NCBI GenBank assembly: GCA_964016885.1
Contig: OZ024745.1
Location: forward strand, 70,432,001-70,496,000
DNA: 64,000 nucleotides
Direction of reading: 5' to 3'
Source of the DNA: Eledone cirrhosa
Lineage: Eukaryota
In this document: piece by piece, positions 14,364-30,703 of the stretch
How positions within the stretch are numbered: the stretch's first letter is position 1
How the letters are laid out: the number at the start of each line of letters is the position of its first letter
Notes under the pieces: generated by a model
What the model was told of the DNA's origin: nothing
What the model saw: only the letters and a program-made list of their open reading frames with translations
Database searches by the model: none
Position numbers and translations under genes: made by a program

Positions 14364-14531
14364 ATTGATAATTCTTTAGAGAAAAGAATTCTTAGAATTT
14401 CACATACAGAATGCTTGTCGTCATATCTTATGGCCATTTGATTTCCTCGCTTCGTTAAAGCAAAAAATGAGATTAGTTTGAAAGAAAATGTCCAATATAG
14501 TATATTATCAATAATATTAATATATTGGTGC

Positions 14532-14742
14532 ATTGGCAGAATTGATAAAGCGTCGGATAAAGTTCTGTTGCGGTATTTGTTCTGGCTCTAAAAACTGATT
14601 TCAAATCACGCCGACGTCAACTTTACTTTCCATCCTTCCGAGGTCGATAAAATAAAGTACCAGTCAAATACTGGGTTGGTTTAATCAACATTGCCATTCC
14701 ACCAAATTTGATGGTTTGGTGGCTAAATTAGCAACCATTATT
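14532..14742 (+). mobile_element. SINE family A, diverged long variant
   Basis: Core TTTCCATCCTTCCGAGGTCGATAAAATAAAGTACCAG and a degenerate tail. Confidence 0.8.
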
Positions 14743-14865
14743 ATCAATGTCATTGTATTTTAAACCTTTTCCGAATGGCTTATATCACCTATCAACTTCC
14801 TCGTCAACATTTTAAACGATGAAAAGATTTTATATATGTATATATATATATATATATATATAAAT

Positions 14866-15031
14866 CATGATGAAACTGGGTAGACCATTACTTAACAGAG
14901 TACTCGATACTTGGGGTAGTAGAGTATAGTTATATTATAATGAGTCGGGACCTGATGGTTGAGCTCTTCAGCAGAAAGTCTGGAACTAGCTGTTAAAACG
15001 ACAAAAGCTCAACTGTCAAGTCCGGACGCTT
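14866..15031. mobile_element. Old copy of fold-back family P1 between (TA)n tracts
   Basis: GACCATT...CAGAGTACTCGATACTTGGGGTAGTAGAGT matches 47647-47690 and 24814-24857; an imperfect hairpin spans 14944-15027. Confidence 0.65.
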
Positions 15032-15091
15032 TATATATATTGATTTATTAAAATAACAGATTAGTCTTCAAATTTATTATTATTACTATAT

Positions 15092-15262
15092 ATTGGCAGA
15101 ATTGATAAAGCGTCGTATAAAGTTCTGTTGGCAGTATCGGTATCTGCGTTCAAATCCCGCCGAGGTATACTTTGCCTTTCATCCTTACGGGGTCGATAAA
15201 ATAAAGTACCAGTAATGCACTGGGTAATTGCTGGCCTTGTGCCTAAAGTAGAAACAATTATT
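15092..15262 (+). mobile_element. SINE family A, chimeric/deleted head
   Basis: The head resembles the 14532 copy and is joined to a near-consensus core and tail. Confidence 0.8.
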
Positions 15263-16817
15263 ACTATATATATATATATATATAACATATATATATATGT
15301 ATATAACATTTTCAGAGTGTATATGTTAAAAAGGGTGCCATTTAAAATGGCATAGCATCAGGGCCGAGTTAATATAGTTTGGTTGTTATGGGGTTTTAAA
15401 TAGATCTGATGTTTCGGACACAGATTATTCGTTGAAACTTCTTCCACTTGTAACGCTAATCCAACTTAGTGAGACTCAACAACTTAATTCGAGATCTTGG
15501 CTGAGATGCGGGAAGAGAGACCCGTTCTTGCAGGTGATCATCCCCATCGGGAATACTGTAAGTAGAGATGATTTGGGGGACTCAATTCTCCAGATGTTTC
15601 TACAGGTGTAGTTTTGTCGATAAACTTATTAGAGCTCTACGTGTAATTTGTCAGCCTTTCGTTCAATAGAGGCATCTTCAAGAAACTGTGCTGGATGATC
15701 CTCATGAGTTTTATTCCATTCATAATTAAGATTACTTGTTTACTATTTTACAGCATGTATGACTTTAATATATCATTTCCTGCGGTCCTGTTCTTAGTGC
15801 TACTAGTGATATTTCTGGTGTTTTAATGTTGTTGTTGATGGTGTTGGTGCTTGTTTATGATAAGGTTATTTGTGTTGGTAGGGTTTTCGTTGGTGTTGGG
15901 GTGTTTTTGTTGTTGTTAGTGTTGGTGCCCGTTCTTCATGGTATTATAATTGGAGGAGGTTGAGGGGCAATGATGGTCATAATAGTGGTGGTTTTGGTGC
16001 TGTTGTTGTATGATCATTAGTTCAACCCTGATCGGGCAGAAATTTAGTAAAGGAATTTAGGCCATGTTCACTCCGTCGTCCAGCTTCGAACTTTTTTTGC
16101 AGCAGCGTAGAGATTTATTCTCCATTCCTTTATATCGACAACGAATTCTTCAGAATGCTTGACAGGAATGGTATAGGCAGTGACAATGCGTTTCAGGTGA
16201 CCTTTACACGGCTCCTAGAACCACTACGTTAACTAGAGCCCTATACTACAGGTGTGAACATATTTTAAAATGTCTCCATGACATTCGTTTTATTTATAAA
16301 CCTTCTGTAAAGGCATCTCTGATAAACCCACACTTGTACTGATAGTGAGGGAATATTTTGGAAAAGCGTCTGTCAATCCAGCTATATGTAGACCCCACAA
16401 GAAGACAGCCACGCTGATAAAATTACAATAGATGTTATCGTCTTTTTTAGTACTCTAAATGGGTTTTGTAGTTATATCTTAACGTTTCATGTGTTTTTAC
16501 ATCTTAAAACAATATATTATGTGTCAATTTTCAAATATAAGCAATGTACAAGACAGCGCAATATCTAGGTGCGGTATATATGTTTAAAATGCATACACAC
16601 TCACAGATGCACATGCACTCACATACATACATATGTATATTTACATACAAGCACACACACATACACATTTATATATATATATGTGTGTGTAAGTGTATAT
16701 GTCTATATGTCTATATATATATATATGCATACAAGTGTATATATGTGTGTGTGTATATATATATATATATATTCAATGTGGGATACATTTCGTGGTAGGG
16801 TATATACCGTAGTTATA

Positions 16818-16869
<52 letters not shown>

Positions 16870-19800
16870 TTATCCAGTTGTTTTGGTTCAGTCTAACGAA
16901 TGACATCACATATCTACCTGTCTTTCTGGTCGTTTCTATGGAGATTGTAGGCGTAATACTTTGTTAGTACATTGCTAGTTGTCTGTTTTGTGTAGATCCT
17001 CAGTAGCTGATACCTCTATCCTATTTGCCTCTCCTACCTTTTCATTTCAGTTCAAAATCTATTCTTTTGTCTGCTACTTCTTTGAAACAAATTTTCCATT
17101 TATTTTTCCCATTCAACTTTTATTCATGCCTGTTTTGTGTAATAGAATGTCTGTTAATTTAACACCATACGATTGTAAATCTCTATTATCTTACCATACT
17201 GATACACTAACTGTATTTTTCCTTATTTCTCCTCATCGTCTCTCATACATTTTACACCCAACTACATTTTCTACATTAACTTTCATCATTAGTATCTTCT
17301 TTATAAGTATATTTTCTCTTTTGTCATGCAAACATATACCTATCAACCTTCTCTGCCTTCATCTCTGAAGAATAACTTTTCAGCTATCAGTGTTATTACT
17401 GTCGTGGATGGATATAGCGTCGAATAAATGTTCTCCAAGTATATAAATATGGCACTTAACCTTCAAATTGCACTGGGGTCAACTACGTCTCATTCTTCGT
17501 CAGTCGGTAAGAGCAGGTACTGCGGTAGATTTTATGGAACGTACGCCTCTCCCAAACTAATGGTCATTATGATTTTAGTTGTTCTTTCGCATCATGTCAA
17601 ACCTGATTAAGCAAACCTGATTAAGCGACCAAAGGTATTCCCCTCATGATTATCCCGTACTCATATAATGTATCTAGTGCAATCTTATCCTTATCAAATT
17701 AGTCCCTTCCATATTTCAGAAAATATTATGTCCTATGAGGGAGCTTTTCTCTTTGGTTCAAATTATATGTACATATATTCGAGGGTATGCGATATCAATG
17801 TTGACAACGTATGGCTTGAGACCCGAATATATAATAAGCTTGCGTATTAGTTAATAAAAGATATAGGTGGAAGACCATATAGTTTCTTACTTTATATTTA
17901 TGTGTTTAATTCATGATTATGAGCTTATTTCCTTTGTGCACCTTAAACAACAAACGCAACGTATTTATGTGAATGAATACAGATTCTTGAATTTATATAA
18001 AGACTGTATTAATCTATTTGAAATTGTTTCGTTAAGTCGGTGTCTCTACATTGTTTTATGCAGATGAGGTCTATAGGCAATTTTGCTTGAACTTGTATAG
18101 ATAGTGATTGTTTAAGATCTCCTCTGCCTAGCACCTGAATAGAACTGTGTTGCTGAGTACCATTAATATTGAACAATATCCGGGATTGTTACTGTACTTA
18201 CTAAAGTCTAGATTAAATTATTAGCCCTCAAGGTAATGCTTTCATCTACTCACTACGTTGCAATTGTAATTAAGATTTCAACATTGTCACCCCTTATAGT
18301 TGATGAAATTATATTAGCATTGGTTAGTGACAGTTTCCCTTTCCTCCCTTTAACAGCAATTTTAATTAATTTAAATTATTTTATTCACTACAATAACTAT
18401 ATTAGCACTCATTCAACTATTTTGATTCGTACAGATGAGATGTTAAGATACTTTCCCTTAATTAGTAAGCCTATATTTCAATTTACAGTAGAAGAGAATA
18501 GTGGGATTTAGATAAAAAGGTTCTAAATGCTTGTAGGATAAATTAATGGCTTCTTGTGCCCTTTTTTCCTCGAGAAATCCTGTTTATGTAAATATATCAG
18601 ATTAAAATAGCCAGAATGAGTTATAGAATTACCTTCTCTAAAGTAATTATATTTCCTTAGCAGTCATTATTTACTCATAATGTGAACTATATTACATTAT
18701 CGCTATACATCGCTTTCTAAAAAGGGGCTTCTTAAAACATGCTAAGGTCTTAATTAACACAACGAAAGTTTCCCATTATTAATTAAATTAGCAATGCTAG
18801 AAACTCTAGCTCCCTAAATTAATTAGTGCCAGTGCGTATTATTTATTATTTTCGTTCACTTCGTTCATAAATCTTTGATCAATTGTTATTGATAAACCAA
18901 GTTAGGGCAGTTCCGTTTGATATACTTGCATTCACCATTTTAAATGTTCATCTAGTTGCCGTAAAAATTAATGGATCAATTAATATTTCAGACAATGAGA
19001 GGTTGTTGAGGCACATATCGTAGAAGGAAGCACGCTGTCAGCCGAGACCAAAACTTTGCAATAAGTCTTGGTTGCAGCCGTTTCCCTAAACGGCAACTAC
19101 CTCTCTTCCACTCGGCATCTTTAACGTGTTTCAGCCAACAAATGCTGCATAAAACATTTTACCCAACTATTTCTCTCGAAATCCGCAGTTTTGTTCATTT
19201 CCTATGCACGTTGTCTTTAAAGGGATCAACTTACATAGCTTCAAATCAACGTGACTCGCATCGTAGATGTCTAGTGTTTCTTCATTCCTTTCACTAATTC
19301 ATAAATATATAACTTCGAAAGGGATAGATAAAATTCCTCTCCATTCCTACTTATTCAATAATTATTAGAAAGTGATTCTACTTTCTATATTTTTTGTCTA
19401 TAAATGTCACCTTTATTTCCTGAATAAATGCCACTGCAGTATCCTACTGAAGCTTCTAAATGTATATTGTATGGCGTTCATCACGTTTCCACACTCCGTG
19501 GTGTGTATGTCACAGTTTTGAAACAGCGTGTGGCCAGTTTTGAAACTTCCTCTACAATTTCTCGCTCCCAACACAATTTCTGGATAGACAGAATCATTGT
19601 TCTTTAACTTTCTCAATTACATTTGGGAAGTTTTCATTTATTTGTCATGTACTGCTACTGAAATAGTAAAACTATGGATGAAACAGTGAAATGATAACAC
19701 TACTATCTAAGAAAAGTTTAATTAATGAAGGTGATATTTGTATAAAACAAAGACTGATATTGTTCAATGGTCACTCAGCCGAGTTCAAGTTAATTGAAAT

Positions 19801-20341
19801 TGGAAATACACTACATGGTGATCGATGTGGAATAGTTTAATCTTTGGTAGACATGGTGACAACTATGGATATCATTCTGTCTTAGTAGAACTCCTCAGTG
19901 AATTATAGCAATTCAAGTTTCTGCCAACAATAGAAAGAAAGATATCTATCCATATAAAAAGAATGTACGTACGCTTGTGAGACAACACAATATAATCAAC
20001 ATAATGGCGGATGGAAATAAGGAAGAGATAAGGGGTAAATACGTAATTCTGTTTTGATTTGTCTCACTCATGACCGATTTTGATAAATTACTGGATTAGA
20101 TGTCACCGATCTGTATATACACTAACACGTTAAGAAGGGAAGTCGATTCAATCAACCGTGAACGGAAATCAATATGGGAGACATGTTTACTTCATTTTCA
20201 ATCTACCTGTTTGTATGTGTGTATATATTCATTTGTGTATCTGTATGATACTGTTACAGCTGTAACAGTGGTGACATGTTCATCAATTGACTTGTTATAT
20301 TCAGGTCCCCTGTTGCAATGTTTATAATGTGGTCACGTACA

Positions 20342-20373
<32 letters not shown>

Positions 20374-21037
20374 TCTAAATATATATCCCCCACTTTCCCA
20401 CATACCATGAGGGAGCCAGTTTCAATATAAATCAGAGAACAATACAAATCCACATTGTTAAAACTATTTCATAGAATGAGTAGCAAGAAACCAAATGTGC
20501 CTAAAATGCTAAAATGTTATTTTTACAGGAGAGAATTCATGGATAACGACTGGAATGTGTCGAACGCACATTTTACCATTTGTGTATAAATACATGTATC
20601 AGTATTCCTCTAAACCAGCGGTTCCCAGATAGTTTTGTCTCAGAAAACATATATAACTTTCCAAATATTACCGAGCCGTATTTTGCGGACAATAAATGAA
20701 ACAAAATAATTTCAACGAAGGAATAAATTGTTTACATACCAAACATTTTTCTTCGTGAAGCCCACTTTCGAAAACAATCCCCTATAGTATTACCAAATAC
20801 CAAATGCTCTAGTAGTTCTACATTAGTAGTCATGAGATATTCGTGTCATTACAATGACTGAACTGCAGCCGAAGCTTCCTAATATATTAATAACATTATA
20901 AATAATATTTCCAGCGATATTCTGCCATTCCTTTTGCATAAATTGGTAGTTTAAGAATTATTCTTAGAAAGAAGTTCTGTTTATTAATAGTGATACCAAT
21001 ATTTTATAAAGTGTTTGTTATACAGAAAACTGCTTTT

Positions 21038-21230
21038 AATAATTGTTTCTACTTTTGGCACAAGGCCAGCAATCATCTCAGTGCATTACTGGTACTTTAT
21101 TTTATCGACCCCGTAAGAATGAAAGGCAAAGTTAACCTCGGCAAGATTTGAACTCAGATCGTAAAGGCTCGTAACTCCATACTGCAAACCATGGCGTCCG
21201 ACCCTCTAACGATACTGCCAATCCACCACC
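21038..21230 (-). mobile_element. SINE family A, full length, with TSD
   Basis: Reverse-complement consensus; CTTTTAATAAT occurs at 21033-21043 and 21231-21241. Confidence 0.92.
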
Positions 21231-22254
21231 CTTTTAATAATGATGTAGGGATCTTGAGAAATCGTTATTTTATATCATATATACACTATACAATTCTGAT
21301 CGCGAATGCTGTCTTGAGAGATTCATTATTCATCTATTTTTTTAATATATTCTGGAATTAATACAAATGTTCGTGAAAACATCAATTTGAAGAATAGTAA
21401 CTTGTTGCAGGAATAAGTAGTGTATATTCCAGCCGGTATAGAATGTGTATGTCACAACTTCCCTGTCAAATATAAATGTGTGTATTAAATATACTACAAT
21501 TGGCATTTGAAATCAACATTTAATAATCATATGCGTATGACCGTTTAACCAAATTTCAGAATACCATAGACATTTCATTTAAGATCATTGCAGTGCAATA
21601 ACGAACCTTCATATCGAAAGACTTTTGATAACTTGGGTAATAATGTTTTTAATACATCTCTTAGACATTGTATGAAGAAGGAAAATTAGAATAAATGAAA
21701 ATATTGATTACAGTCGAAAAGTATTAACGTTTTCGCGATGAATACTACTAAATAGAAACTAGCTTTATCGATTCTAATTCATTCAGAATTGTTGGCTGTT
21801 GAAACCAGCATCTCACCGTTGCTTGTATAGAACTTCACGTTAACATTTTATTTTCACATCTTTCTTTTTTTGTCTTTTTTCATGCATTTACTAGATCTAT
21901 GCCCAGAGAATTCCTGGTCTCCTGGGACAACAATTTAATAACTTTAAACATCACATGTGTTCTACAAAGTTACATAAACATTTAAGAATATTTACACTAT
22001 GGAAGTAGAGGAAGAATAATGTGTGCATGGGTGGCCAATTAAAGCAATAAATTAAAACTTCAGAGATAAACATTTGCATATTCATGATCACTATCAATGT
22101 GTATGTGCGTGTGAAACAATCATTGGCAATATAATTTCGTATCCGCTGTCTAATATCCGATATATTTCCTGTGTTAAGTATTTTACACAGTGTTTAATAT
22201 AACAGCTTTACAATTAGTAGAGGCATACATGTCTCACAACAGGATATATCGTCT

Positions 22255-22289
22255 AACCCATGCTAGCATAGAAAATAGACGTTAAAGGG

Positions 22290-22332
<43 letters not shown>

Positions 22333-22347
22333 AATGATGATGATGAT
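22255..22347 (+). mobile_element. Retroposon 3' tail ending in (GAT)n
   Basis: AACCCATGCTAGCATAGAAAATAGACGTTAAA followed by (GAT)n; a palindromic stem plus trinucleotide tail is typical of RTE-type 3' ends. Confidence 0.5.
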
Positions 22348-22645
22348 TCAGAAAATTGCATTCCTATGTGTATACTTGTAGCGTGATTACAACTTATACA
22401 TTAACATAGTAGAGTATATTCTGTCAGATATTATATGAAATATTAAATGCATATTTAATACAAACTAAGCAAAGTGGCAGACACTATTGTTTTCTTTTGT
22501 CACCAGTCTGAAGAGTAGATCGATAGTGGAGTTGGGTCCATAACTCCTATGGGTGACCATGAGCCTATTCTCTATGAAACGCGCGTAACAGGACGATACA
22601 CAATAAATATCTTTCACATGTAAACGAAACTTCTTCGTTTTTTTT

Positions 22646-22711
<66 letters not shown>

Positions 22712-22712
22712 A

Positions 22713-22754
<42 letters not shown>

Positions 22755-22777
22755 AATATATATAAATATATATATAC

Positions 22778-22809
<32 letters not shown>

Positions 22810-22930
22810 ATGTGTTTGTAGGGATGGGGTGTACATATATATTTACGTATGTCTGTATGTGTTTGTACGTGTCTGTATACGTGAACGATACATAGACAAT
22901 GTATGTATATATCTATATATAGATATATAT

Positions 22931-22983
<53 letters not shown>

Positions 22984-23145
22984 TGTCCAGACATTGTAGT
23001 GTTATCAACGTGATATAAAGTGTATTTGCATTGTGTATATTTCGATGGTGGATGTTGCTTTTTTTCATGTCTGGATATTTTATAGATTGACAGCATAAAT
23101 ATCTATCTAGCAAAGCACTCAAACAAAGCACTCTGAAAAATGTCA

Positions 23146-23220
<75 letters not shown>

Positions 23221-23228
23221 ATATATAC

Positions 23229-23272
<44 letters not shown>

Positions 23273-23737
23273 CGTGTGTATATATACACGTATATATATG
23301 TATATATATATATATATATATTTAAGGGGTAGTGCTGGACATGCACGCAATCCATGAACCATGTAAGTCAAATTCGGAAAGTGTGCATGCGTGAAAAATT
23401 CAATGAAGACATGTAATGTTGAAATTGGAAGATATTATATATAAAATAAAGTTTGTGATTCTAACTAGTTCCTACTGAATTTGAGATTTTGGTGCTAGAT
23501 TTGATGTTGATTATTTTGTAATGAAACAGAGATTTGAACCTGAAGTCAAGCTAGATGAAACATAGTTTAGAGAAGATTTTCAACTACCGTATGGCTTTCA
23601 TGATGAATTAGGTAACATTGCTATTGATTGTGTTTTGCTGAACTCGTTCACAAAACTAACATGACAAAGAACATGATAACACTATTTAATCAATATTCTA
23701 TTCGCTACTACCTTAACATAAGCCAATACCATTCCTT

Positions 23738-23807
<70 letters not shown>

Positions 23808-23847
23808 CGCACACACACACATATATATATATATACATATATATACG

Positions 23848-23879
<32 letters not shown>

Positions 23880-24356
23880 TCATTAACGAAACACATTTCA
23901 TGCCTTTACATTTTCATTTTCACGAGGGCTGTCTCTCTCTTTTTCTCTTTTACCTGCTATCTCTCTATTACTCCTTATCTCTCTCTGTCTCTACATTTAT
24001 CCTACTCTATCTCTCTATATAATTGTTTGTGTGCGTATGTGTGTTTGCGCCACTCTGTTTTATACCTCTCTATCTTATTAGTCCCCTTTCTATCAATCAA
24101 TCTATCTCCTGCGTGTGCATATATATTATAATCACCAGTTCTTCTCCTCTCTATCTCTCTCTCTCTATCTTTCTCTCTCTATCTCTCTCTCATTCTCTCT
24201 TTCTCTCTATATATATTTATCTCGCTGTCTTTCCCTCTCTTCTCATTCTTTTCTTTGCCAATTATATGTCTCATGCTCTCTTCTTGTCTCTCTCTTTATA
24301 TATGTGGGCGCGTTTGAATATATCTATGAGGCGTGTGCGTGGGTGCCTGAGTATCT

Positions 24357-25674
<1,318 letters not shown>

Positions 25675-26052
25675 GAATGTATGTGTTAAGATGAAGGATT
25701 CGGGTAATGTGTGTTCCTGGTTTATGGTCTTGTCTAAATGTATATATTTCTATATGTCTATATGTACATTTTTTGTGTCTATAAGTATTTCTATATGTTG
25801 CCCTGTGTGTTTTTCTCTGTGTTTCTATCTGTTTGCTCCGTCTGTTTCTCTGTTGTCTGTATGTGATTGTGTGTGTATATTGTCTGTATGTGTTTATGTA
25901 CGTGTGTTTGTGTATGTGTATATTTGTGTCAGTCTGTGTCCTTGTTTGTTTGAGTGTAAATGTACGTGTTCATGTCTTTGTGTATATGTGTCTGTATGCG
26001 TCTCTTTGTGTATGTAAGTGATAGTCTGTTGTTTACTTGTTTGTGCGGGTAC

Positions 26053-26195
<143 letters not shown>

Positions 26196-26714
26196 TGCCT
26201 ATGTGCGTGTCTGTGCGAATCTGTGCCTGTATGTACCTTTGTGTTTGTCTGTATGAGTGTATTTGTATGTATATATATATGTGTCTGTGTGCGCGTAAGG
26301 GTGTCTGTAAAATGAATGACGAGACAAATGTGGAAGCATTTTTGTGTCTGAGAGAGAAAGTGAGACATTGTGAAAGGGAGACAGCCAACAACAATAAACA
26401 GAAAGAGAGATTTAAAGGAAAGAAAGGGAGACAGACAGAGAAGAAGAGGAAGAGGCGGGTGATTTGGGCGAGTGAGTGAAAAATAAATGCAAAACATTAA
26501 CAGAGAGAGTAGGAGAATGGAGAAGGGTGTGGAGTGGAGTAGAAATGTTGAGGAATGTGTTTAGGCAGTCTAACAACTGGATAGTTGGTAGAGAAGACGA
26601 AAGATCGATCGAGAGACGCGTCAGACATCAATACATGCAGCATTCCTACCACATACATGGAGGAATACAGACAGGCAGTACTAACACTGTATGCACACAC
26701 ACACACACACATAC

Positions 26715-26749
<35 letters not shown>

Positions 26750-27799
26750 CACAGGCATTACTCTACGTCATTTTATACATACATGTAGTACATTGCAATA
26801 TATTATACAAACAGGCAGTATACTAACACACACACACACACACACGCATACACTGTCTATGCACTATCTAAGCACACATATGTATATATATATATGTATA
26901 TATGTAATATGTCTATAGTACTATATATATATATATATACATATACATATAGTATTAAAGACAAGGTATTTCATACTTTGTACCCTTGCATGTAGTATGA
27001 CAGAATATAATCCGCATTATATACGCGCATGTTGTATTATATATGCATTGAACTACATTATATATACATGTTATATTACTTACAGAGTACAGTATATTAT
27101 ATACATATAGAGTATATTACACTAAATGGGCCTCACTCACCGTACAATTATATAATGCACACAGTTTGAAAACAAATGTAGTTCAACGGCGACTACTACC
27201 CATAACCACGTGCTACATAAATGTATTAAATCCCTTATACTACAAAAAGATAATAAGAAGGGGTGGTTATGGCTGGAATACTTTATATCTTCCTAATCAA
27301 ATGTTTTTTTAAAAATAAAACTAGCTATATCATTCCCACCCTAACCCACTCTACCAGGAATTTAATAAAGGTAAATATAGCCCCAAAAATAAAATTTGAA
27401 GTGTTCTGGAAAAGATTAGGGGTTGAAGAAGAAGGGAAATTACCATGCAGAAAACTAGTAAGGACAGCGAACACAACGCCTGAACATCTGTGGGAAGATA
27501 TTACAACTGATGATGTGATAAGCACTGAAAAAATGCAAAGTGAACATTCAGATCTTCCTCAAACCATAGGCAATGCCATGCTATTTTATAAAGTAAACCT
27601 ATAAACAGCATGTGTGGATTTAAACATTTGTAATCTGACCTAGAAGGACTTTATTCATACATGAAGAGAACCAGAAAATTTTTTATTGCATTTTAATAAA
27701 AAAAAAATAAAAAAAAAATAAAAACCAGATCTCCTGGAGAGCACAATCTTTTCGCAGAGTTCACTTGTACGAAGTTGGTTTCTTCATTATTTCACGAGC

Positions 27800-27975
27800 G
27801 TTGACCTAGGTATTTGATCTGAAATGACTTGAGTGCTTGATCCGAGATGAATTGGATGTTTGATCAATGCTGACAGAGATACTTGATCGGAGCTTGGTCA
27901 GTATTACCATGGGTACTTTATCAGAACTGACATGGGTACTTACTCAACACAGAATTGAGTGTTTAATCAGCTCAG
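27800..27975. repeat. Degenerate ~23-bp minisatellite
   Basis: Units approximate CTGACATGGGTACTTGATCAGAG and recur about 6-7 times. Confidence 0.65.
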
Positions 27976-28267
27976 AATCCGGGTGCATGACGAGTTCTGG
28001 TTCAGCATTGGCCTGGTTGATTGGGCATGGCTCACTGACATAGGAGAAAGGAACGTCTACTGCGATAGGTAAATTCTAGACCGTGACTTCATGAGTTGCT
28101 ACTTCCTTTAATCTTCAGCAGAATGGGGAAGATATGAGAGACATGTCTAGCCAGACAGGGTATCTTTCTGACGGAGCATACTTTAGAGGTGTAAAACTCC
28201 GAACTTGAAACCAAAGAATCACAAGATCAATTCCACAACGTTGCTATTGTACATATAATATATATGC

Positions 28268-28350
<83 letters not shown>

Positions 28351-28403
28351 ATTATATGTGAGTATATGTACATGCATAAATACACACACACACATACACA
28401 CAC

Positions 28404-28456
<53 letters not shown>

Positions 28457-28908
28457 AGTGGAAGCTTAGTAAAATCGAAGCTTTGGCTGTGGCCAAGGAA
28501 AGTCGACCTACAATACGGAATGAGTAGCAAATCACTAAGGGTAGGTCCTTAGAGTAATAACATTACGTTTAAATAGCTTGACCAATTGAAAATTGCGGTA
28601 GGCAAAACCCAACCATACAATACCAAACTACGAAATACGAAAGCGCTAATCAGGTTATATATATATATATATATATATAATATAATATATATATATAATA
28701 TAATATATATATATATATAATATATATTACATGCTTCATAAAGCCTCATGCAAGATTTCATATGAAATATTCTTCCATAACCGACACTCAGATCGAAACA
28801 ATAAATAGATTACTAGCAATCAGAGCAACGGCAATATCAATAAAAACAACAACAACAACCGACAACAATAAATTAGAACAAACTCGATCAAACTTATATA
28901 CATATATA

Positions 28909-28970
<62 letters not shown>

Positions 28971-28972
28971 CA

Positions 28973-29015
<43 letters not shown>

Positions 29016-29603
29016 ATATACATACACATAAATGTATGTGTGTGTGCGTGCATGTGTATGTGTTTATATTATGCATACATTCTTGATTATCAGTTGATCA
29101 ATAAATGTACATTTTATTTTCTTTATATGCAATCATACATGAAAATTTAATCAGAGATGCATATATAGGCGCACCAAAAATGAAGTTTACTGCCATTTGA
29201 ATAATTAGTCAACCATTTCATAGAACACCCAACTGCCGCAATCTTACTTTAGTGGTTTATGTGTGTAGTGGTGGATTGGTGCACACGCGCGGCGGGGGGG
29301 GGGGGGGTAGTGAGGGTGGAGTCTATTTATTCTTTCCTTCATTTCTAGATTTCGCCCTCCCGATGTTTGAAGGCAATCTATTTCTCTCTTCTTCTTCTTC
29401 TTCTTCTTCTTCTTTTTCTTCTTCTTCTTCTTTACACACAAGACCCCCTCATAATCATATACGTTCATCTATCACCTTATACCTGTTAAAACTCAGTGTC
29501 GATATGGTAAGATTTTTATTCGCAATAATAAGAATAATCCGCCACTCGAGTGATTAAAAAACAAAGCAAATAGAAATAACACACATTCACTCCCGCAAGC
29601 ATT

Positions 29604-29640
<37 letters not shown>

Positions 29641-29739
29641 TGTACACACATACATACTTAGTCACCTCTCACTTTATTTCCGTTAAAGTCAGTATAGAGG
29701 AAAGTGGACTTCTAGTCATAATATCATTGTCTTGTAATT

Positions 29740-29870
29740 CTGACACAAGGGCAGCCAATTGTGAGGGAGTGCAACGTTGTTTACATTGACCCCAGTACAT
29801 AACTGGCACTTTATTTTATCGCCCCAGGAAGAGTGAGAAGCAAAGTTGACTTAAGCGTGATTTGAACCTA
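29740..29870 (-). mobile_element. Diverged SINE family A fragment
   Basis: GGCACTTTATTTTATCGCCCCAGGAAGAGTGAGAAGCAAAGTTGAC. Confidence 0.7.
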
Positions 29871-29976
29871 AAAGTTAATGCAAATCCGTTGCCTTCATAA
29901 TTATACGAGACCGCATGAGTGATTAAAAAGCAGGTCCACATAGTTTAAGACATACATTAGTATAAAGCCAATAAAT

Positions 29977-30007
<31 letters not shown>

Positions 30008-30499
30008 CTATCTCTCTTCTCTCTCTCTCGCTCTCTCGCTCTCTCTCACGCTCACTCTCTTGCTCAACATATTTATCTCTCTTTCTCTATTGCTCTCTCT
30101 CTCTCTCTCGTATATATATTTAAAAAAAGGAAATGATATATATATATATATATACCATTTCCTTCTTTCCTCCTTTGTCCGTTCCCCACTGTTACAGAGG
30201 AAAGAAGGCTATTTCACGTAGCTGAATAACTTGCATGGTGCAAGGGAGATAATTGAGGTAAAAATGCTAGTGCAGTATGAATAATTTACGATCGTTAATC
30301 TGTCTTTGTTATCAGTTTGTTTTTCTCTCTTTTTCTCTCGATCGTACTGTATACATTTTTTTTTTTCACGATATATTAGCGAGTATTTCATTACGTCTCG
30401 CTATATCATGAGTTCGAATCCTGATGAAACGAAAATCATCTTTCATCCTTGGCTAAATAACCGCTAAAATTGTGTATCCTTTATTTTTACTATTCGGGT

Positions 30500-30703
30500 T
30501 AGCAGTGCCATTAGAGCGCTGGACAAATGCTTTGCCGTTATACATTTTGGCTCTTTACAATCTGAGTTCAAACTCCGTCAAGGACAACTTTGATTTTCAT
30601 TCATCCGAGGTTGATAAAATATAGTACCAATCAAGTAGTGGAGTTGATAAAATCGACTTCCCTCCACCCTTCAGATTTCTGGCCTTGTGCCAAAACTAGA
30701 AGC
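30500..30703 (+). mobile_element. SINE family A, diverged long variant
   Basis: B-box GAGTTCAAACTCC, core and tail GGCCTTGTGCCAAAACTAGAA. Confidence 0.8.

Noticed and set aside
20616-20790. hAT-type MITE starting CAGCGGTTCCC
   Set aside because: No convincing matching right TIR or 8-bp TSD found.
30410-30450. CTGATGA...GAAA as a hammerhead
   Set aside because: It lies inside a SINE B-box/core fragment, with no stem II or stem I pairing.
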